Below, piece by piece: positions 63,062 to 64,000 of a stretch of 64,000 bases of DNA. The translations under genes were made by a program, and so were the position numbers. The notes beneath the pieces are model-generated. The model did not search any database. It had not been told where the DNA came from and saw only the letters and a program-made list of their open reading frames with translations. This DNA is from Lytechinus pictus (lineage: Eukaryota), in contig NC_087251.1 of NCBI RefSeq assembly GCF_037042905.1, positions 27,156,001-27,220,000 on the forward strand. Direction: 5' to 3'. Positions within the stretch are counted from its first letter, which is position 1, and each line of letters opens with the position of its first letter.

Positions 63062-63558
63062 TTGGTATTCTTCATTAGTGTGATCCCACAGTTCCGAATT
63101 CTAAATTTTAGTTCAATATAATAGGGTCAGGGGCTCCCTCAAATTTTCTGATTTTTTTTGGCAATAATAGGCGTGGCTGCCTTCATTCGAACCTTTGCAT
63201 CTCAGAAACCACTGAATATATATTGTAAAGAACATGTTGGGGCTTAGATGATGTGACTTCAAACATCTTATACTTACTTAGCCCAAGCATGGGTGGCATA
63301 CTAATACATCTTGATCCTGGCCGCAAGTGTTTGAACAAGAAGAGTCTGTCAGCATCACCAGGCCAGCTGAAATCACTGTCGTTCTCATAGGCAGATGCTT
63401 CATGGCTTTGGGCTAGGCTCATGGAAGTGCTAGAGTAGCTAGCCGTCTCTCGGCTGTACCCTCTAAGGCCTCGGCTACTTGGACGGCTGGTTGATCGACG
63501 CTCTTCGAGAGGACGGATAAGAAGCTTGCATAGTTTGTATTCTAGGAAGAGCTTTGTT
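18524..63558 (-). CDS. Large multi-RGS-domain protein (RGS22/RGSL1-like), 5' end beyond window. Exons in transcription order: 63278-63558, 52890-53132, 52353-52476, 51453-51723, 50687-50842, 50151-50296, 49366-49551, 48503-48817, 48031-48188, 47460-47619, 46602-46706, 40343-40696, 39298-39474, 34552-34684, 33616-33744, 28919-29113, 26005-26106, 25218-25413, 24449-24609, 18524-18751
   Basis: All 19 introns are GT-AG with matching phases, giving one open frame of about 1270 codons. Four RGS-like signatures: FKAFLAGTLGEDMINFWLDCEMYR; PFQRYLE...ANLLFWQDVSDY...AWSIFNKYI; LFRTYV...IQMYFDV...QIYNNFFDPNS; FHRYL...DLVFYLEAQRFK...ILDCFID...VDIS...FFDDAQYALFKEMLPYF. Exact orthology is uncertain. Confidence 0.85.
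20300..20846 (+). mobile_element. Helentron/DINE-1-like non-autonomous element (HINE-type), short copy
   Basis: Subterminal inverted repeats gtctcgcctgcat / atgcaggcgagac, 3' hairpins, A-tract flanks, about 2 internal repeat units. Confidence 0.75.
22888..23040. mobile_element. Harbinger-like MITE (CCAAT family)
   Basis: gggtcctctttcatgaagacttgtta / taacaagttttaggaaacaagaccc. Confidence 0.6.
24449..29113 (-). CDS. RGS-like domain 4 and C-terminal exons (28919-29113, 26005-26106, 25218-25413, 24449-24609)
   Basis: DLVFYLEAQRFKEACH...KVEVILDCFIDS...VDISTEMASK...FDDAQYALFKEMLPYFAAF. Confidence 0.88.
26287..27219. mobile_element. 933-bp foldback element with TA target duplication (Tc1/mariner-type non-autonomous)
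   Basis: TA|cactgttggtcata ... tatgaccaacagtg|TA; arms stay complementary over about 460 bp up to a loop of about 13 nt near 26748-26760. Confidence 0.9.
27505..27833 (-). mobile_element. tRNA-derived SINE interrupted by a MITE
   Basis: Minus strand gcgcgatagctcagtcggtaga (A box), ggttcaattccc (B box), body aggcatttatcctcattaccag...ggagaggaccttaagcc. Confidence 0.8.
27597..27721. mobile_element. PIF/Harbinger-like MITE inserted in the SINE
   Basis: TIR gggcccgtaaca / tgttatgggacc; 3-bp TSD CTG; removing it restores the SINE body. Confidence 0.75.
27898..28683. mobile_element. piggyBac-like non-autonomous element
   Basis: TTAA|ccctatcttaactggg ... cccagtttaataaggg|TTAA. Confidence 0.85.
32722..33262. 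mobile_element. EnSpm-like CCC/GGG element, copy 2
   Basis: Collinear with 15068-15487 plus about 120 bp of extra internal sequence. Confidence 0.75.
33712..34152. repeat. Tandem repeat, about 134-bp unit x 3.3, overlapping a splice acceptor
   Basis: gggtcctctcc..a.tcca.gtaactc recurs near 33718, 33853, 33987 and 34118. Confidence 0.9.
34552..40696 (-). CDS. Lys-rich linker and RGS-like domain 3 exons (40343-40696, 39298-39474, 34552-34684)
   Basis: Canonical junctions; MNLFRTYVQDFE...QIYNNFFDPNSKRAIPLS...IEEAFQNFW. Confidence 0.85.
39818..40079 (+). mobile_element. tRNA-derived SINE (Met-like head, aaacag tail)
   Basis: tagaccagtggttagagc A box, actcataat loop, gagttcgaatccc B box, unpaired acceptor stem, short (aaacag)n tail. 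Confidence 0.75.
44455..46120 (+). mobile_element. Helentron/DINE-1-like element with internal 163-bp satellite array (about 8 units)
   Basis: Same ends as 20300-20846; gtgacctgaaactc-type motif at 44753, 44917, 45080, 45243, 45406, 45569, 45732, 45924. Confidence 0.85.
47460..48817 (-). CDS. RGS-like domain 2 exons (48503-48817, 48031-48188, 47460-47619)
   Basis: AGRPFQRYLE...NLLFWQDVSDY...SIFNKYI...TFDRAKEHAVHMLQREWLHFL. Confidence 0.88.
49167..49303 (-). pseudogene. Tandem partial duplicate of exon 49366-49551 with in-frame stops
   Basis: About 88% identical over 137 nt, donor gtatgg retained, AAG>TAG and TGG>TAG. Confidence 0.9.
49366..50296 (-). CDS. RGS-like domain 1 exons (50151-50296, 49366-49551)
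   Basis: GMELFKAFLAGTLGEDMINFWLDCEMYR...LFRDIQDKY...SVFTRTQYDVLRRLRSYWVARF. Confidence 0.88.
50863..50998. repeat. 31-bp palindromic minisatellite x about 4.4
   Basis: ataattgaatatattcattgaata(t/c)attcaa repeated. Confidence 0.9.
51261..51417. mobile_element. Harbinger-like MITE
   Basis: ggggcctgtgtcataaaacttgtta / tgacaaatcttcatgaaacagaaccc; similar to copies at 22888 and 31633. Confidence 0.6.
53672..53730 (+). promoter_or_regulatory. Putative internal Pol II promoter of the LINE
   Basis: 17-bp direct repeat aggagggtgtggacgtg x2 and four RGACGTG (DPE-like) motifs, CpG-rich. Confidence 0.55.
53811..54833 (+). CDS. LINE ORF1p (L1-type coiled coil + RRM + CTD), 340 aa
   Basis: Heptad coiled coil, LELHDRKMNLLIYGV, AHRL, PIIVRF, TDLP..MKRRR motifs typical of L1 ORF1/Transposase_22. 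Confidence 0.9.
   Translation: MSKENSNRSKREPYLLRKRKNNRQSSCVAQQSNTHPDIRISEGDTSGNQTAEAFSTNPTVSSHTVTTPVCTEDTLYQFTSEKTKMAPPTLDSTPVSHSDFTKTTERIIEKLDTLNSNVSAIRREVSEIRADMADLQAAVKETRERLTVIENDILPKMQKKNESVENELKQMIMALELHDRKMNLLIYGVEKKKDEQVVEVVRKIIHELGFSKEEALSMVISNAHRLPRRITPGSDESRRGHDPIIVRFTTMLDRDAVLGAYQRAQRPVTSSQGQRAIRHAFRVVTDLPAPMKRRRFLLEQKAYQLRKNENKSTRIRLNGVNLHLECRERGSSSAWRIVLG
54940..58250 (-). pseudogene. Decayed leucine-rich-repeat coding array inside the LINE inter-ORF spacer
   Basis: Minus-strand fragments in shifting frames: ISFVTQEALS* (56793), MKKVEWIDLSL (56428), QLRYLERPDKHFVDI (56151), LRIKNNHLSS (55396), KDFFSGM-[24 aa]-LKGCLVSCRYLIIRGT...SIP (55289), EGMPSSIREVNLNIRSIPDDI (55003). Confidence 0.6.
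56380..57912. repeat. About 670-bp tandem duplication (2 full units + partial third) in the LINE spacer
   Basis: accaatgaaa.gtctatcc near 56394 and 57066; tttatattgactgaaagtt at 56543, 57211 and 57725. Confidence 0.92.
58370..58514. mobile_element. Harbinger-like MITE nested in the LINE spacer
   Basis: tag|gggtccgtttcatgagacttgtta ... gaaaaactggccg|tag; internal gattggct; same family as 22888 and 51261. Confidence 0.65.
58990..62781 (+). CDS. LINE ORF2p: APE endonuclease + reverse transcriptase + C-terminal CCHC, 1263 aa
   Basis: SMNCRGL, CIQDTH, GDWN, SRLDFFL, TDH; KSPGQDG, WRPISLLN, DFEKAFDSV, GCRQGDPLSP, YADD; CTFC...ETIMHIFCSC; no stops. Confidence 0.97.
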   Translation: MRMTQGNVTFISMNCRGLRDNRKRQDVLFYLKSKKYDICCIQDTHFVPEIENEIRREWEGKCFFSFNTSNSRGVAILFKKTLPVDINRFKVDNIGNFVVLDMLLYEHNITLVSLYGPNLDNPIFFSEIQQTIIDFDNPHTVICGDWNLVQDFTFDTYNYLHVNNPRAKQQVDNMKTDLDLCDPWRVCFPDKRYYTWRQSTPFKQSRLDFFLISSELLSLVQKVRIFSGYRTDHSLVCLSLNLNKIKRGPGFWKFNNSLLKSDEFVSNIKKVIKDTTIFYARDEVKFDENDRIVGDCEFTINDQLFFETLMMIIRGEAISHASFVKKQNINREKDLEKKIEELGRKLVITDDKISILDQIDKAKSELETFRLKTNEGIAIRSRIKWMEFGEKPSKFFLNLEKQNCINKEIRQLSTENGDNLEMQSDIINEIFNFYSNLYAEKETNVSNLELLLNFPGIPKLSPKMSSLLEGPLNVDEVLSVLKLMKNSKSPGQDGFTVEFYRYFWEDIKHFLVRSLNYAYFSGHMSNSQKMGIITLIPKGNKPRHLLRNWRPISLLNVVYKIASSCIANRLKGVLSFLIHQNQTGFLNGRFIGENIRLLYDTLLYSELHDIAGMLLVVDFEKAFDSVSHNFLFNVLEFFRFGPSIKSWIKLLYADATSCVLVNGHCTNRFNIGRGCRQGDPLSPYLFLLVSEILGILIRHSDKLEGMHINGKTLKVLQYADDTLLTLNGSEQDLKCALDTLDEFEKISNLKINITKTQVIWIGKNRTFKKEILHEYKLNWISEGYFRYLGIDFSVELSKMVDYNYQEKFKEIKRQMAVWRKRSLTPLGRVTIVKSIFIPKLNYLFLSFPEPKLEIMNDIHRCFYDFIWEGKPDKISRKQMCQPYSEGGVRMTDIFIHSKSLKISWIRRFLSCSENFTFHMFQSFLPAAYTSFQLFMGAEHYKSLAISMNNPFWAQVLLAFSDLSRLIVDDVACQALWNNPKIKMNNNVIFFRSWCANGVRFVNDILGTDGKFLSYFDFQRKYNVHVNFLQYHGLCSAIRYGFNKHVIPKAMEPIIPEALFLIIKVKKGCAHIYNIFLKYKLKDCKSLIKWKQTFDFDNTIWRFYYQIPFYSTADVNMRWFQFKIVNRIIYMKDALLRFKFVTDNLCTFCYNYEETIMHIFCSCAHTNEIWSQLEIWFSRNNLNIKISNQNKLFGFYGNNNGALNYIFIIVRKEIFAAKCKHCLPVFDHILSEIKSYYGMEKYIYKTNLKEKKFIKRWSSFTLLH
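62812..62842. repeat. (AT)n microsatellite in the LINE 3' UTR
   Basis: About 15 AT units. Confidence 0.9.
63278..63558 (-). CDS. RGS-like gene exon (TKLFLEYKLCKLLIRP...PPMLGL)
   Basis: acacag|AAC ... CTAA|gtaagt; phase matches exon 52890-53132 across the LINE-containing intron. Confidence 0.82.
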
Positions 63559-64000
63559 CTGTGTTAGATTGGCAAAGAAAAAGAAGAATATATCATCTGA
63601 ATTAGAAATTGTACAGGAATGATAAAAAGGCCTTTATCATCACAAATTTTCAAATGTTAAGGCATCATAATAACTATCCTAAAGAATTATATTCATCAGT
63701 TTGATAAACTAATCAAATATTTAAATTAAAATACATACTCCACTTTTAAAACAAAAATGCAAACATGTTTTGAGACAGATTTAGGCTTGCTTCTTGCGAC
63801 AATAAATTAATATAAGGTGACTCTGTTTAAGTCACATCTCATTGAGCTCATGTTCGACTTAATTTTATTTTATTGAACTCACGTTCGCAAAATTTGACTT
63901 TCAAGATGCTAACATACATTTTGCATATGATATTCTGTTCTGAAATAATACTTTGAATTAAGCGATTATTATGGAAGGTCAACCCATCCAGATTCTATCA

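Overview
AT-rich, intron-rich eukaryotic DNA. The SINE and MITE families suggest an invertebrate deuterostome, most likely a sea urchin (inference). It holds two convergent genes. (1) The last six coding exons of the zinc transporter ZIP9/SLC39A9 on + (788-5612). (2) At least 20 phase-consistent exons (about 1270 codons) of a large multi-RGS-domain RGS22/RGSL1-like gene on - (63558 down to 18524), whose 5' end lies outside the window. Introns and the intergenic region carry tRNA-derived SINEs and many non-autonomous DNA elements (hAT-, P-, Kolobok-, piggyBac-, Harbinger-, EnSpm-, Helentron/DINE-like), plus a 933-bp near-perfect foldback. The standout feature is a complete 9.4-kb L1/Tx1-clade LINE (53672-63057) with an 11-bp TSD, poly(A) and intact ORF1 and ORF2. 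Its two ORFs are separated by a 4.16-kb spacer. Hand translation of the spacer's minus strand gives frameshifted but recurrent leucine-rich-repeat motifs, suggesting a captured, decayed, internally duplicated LRR (possibly TLR-ectodomain-like) gene carried antisense. The spacer also holds a nested MITE and a candidate second promoter with a mini-intron ahead of ORF2. All calls are by eye; no searches were run.
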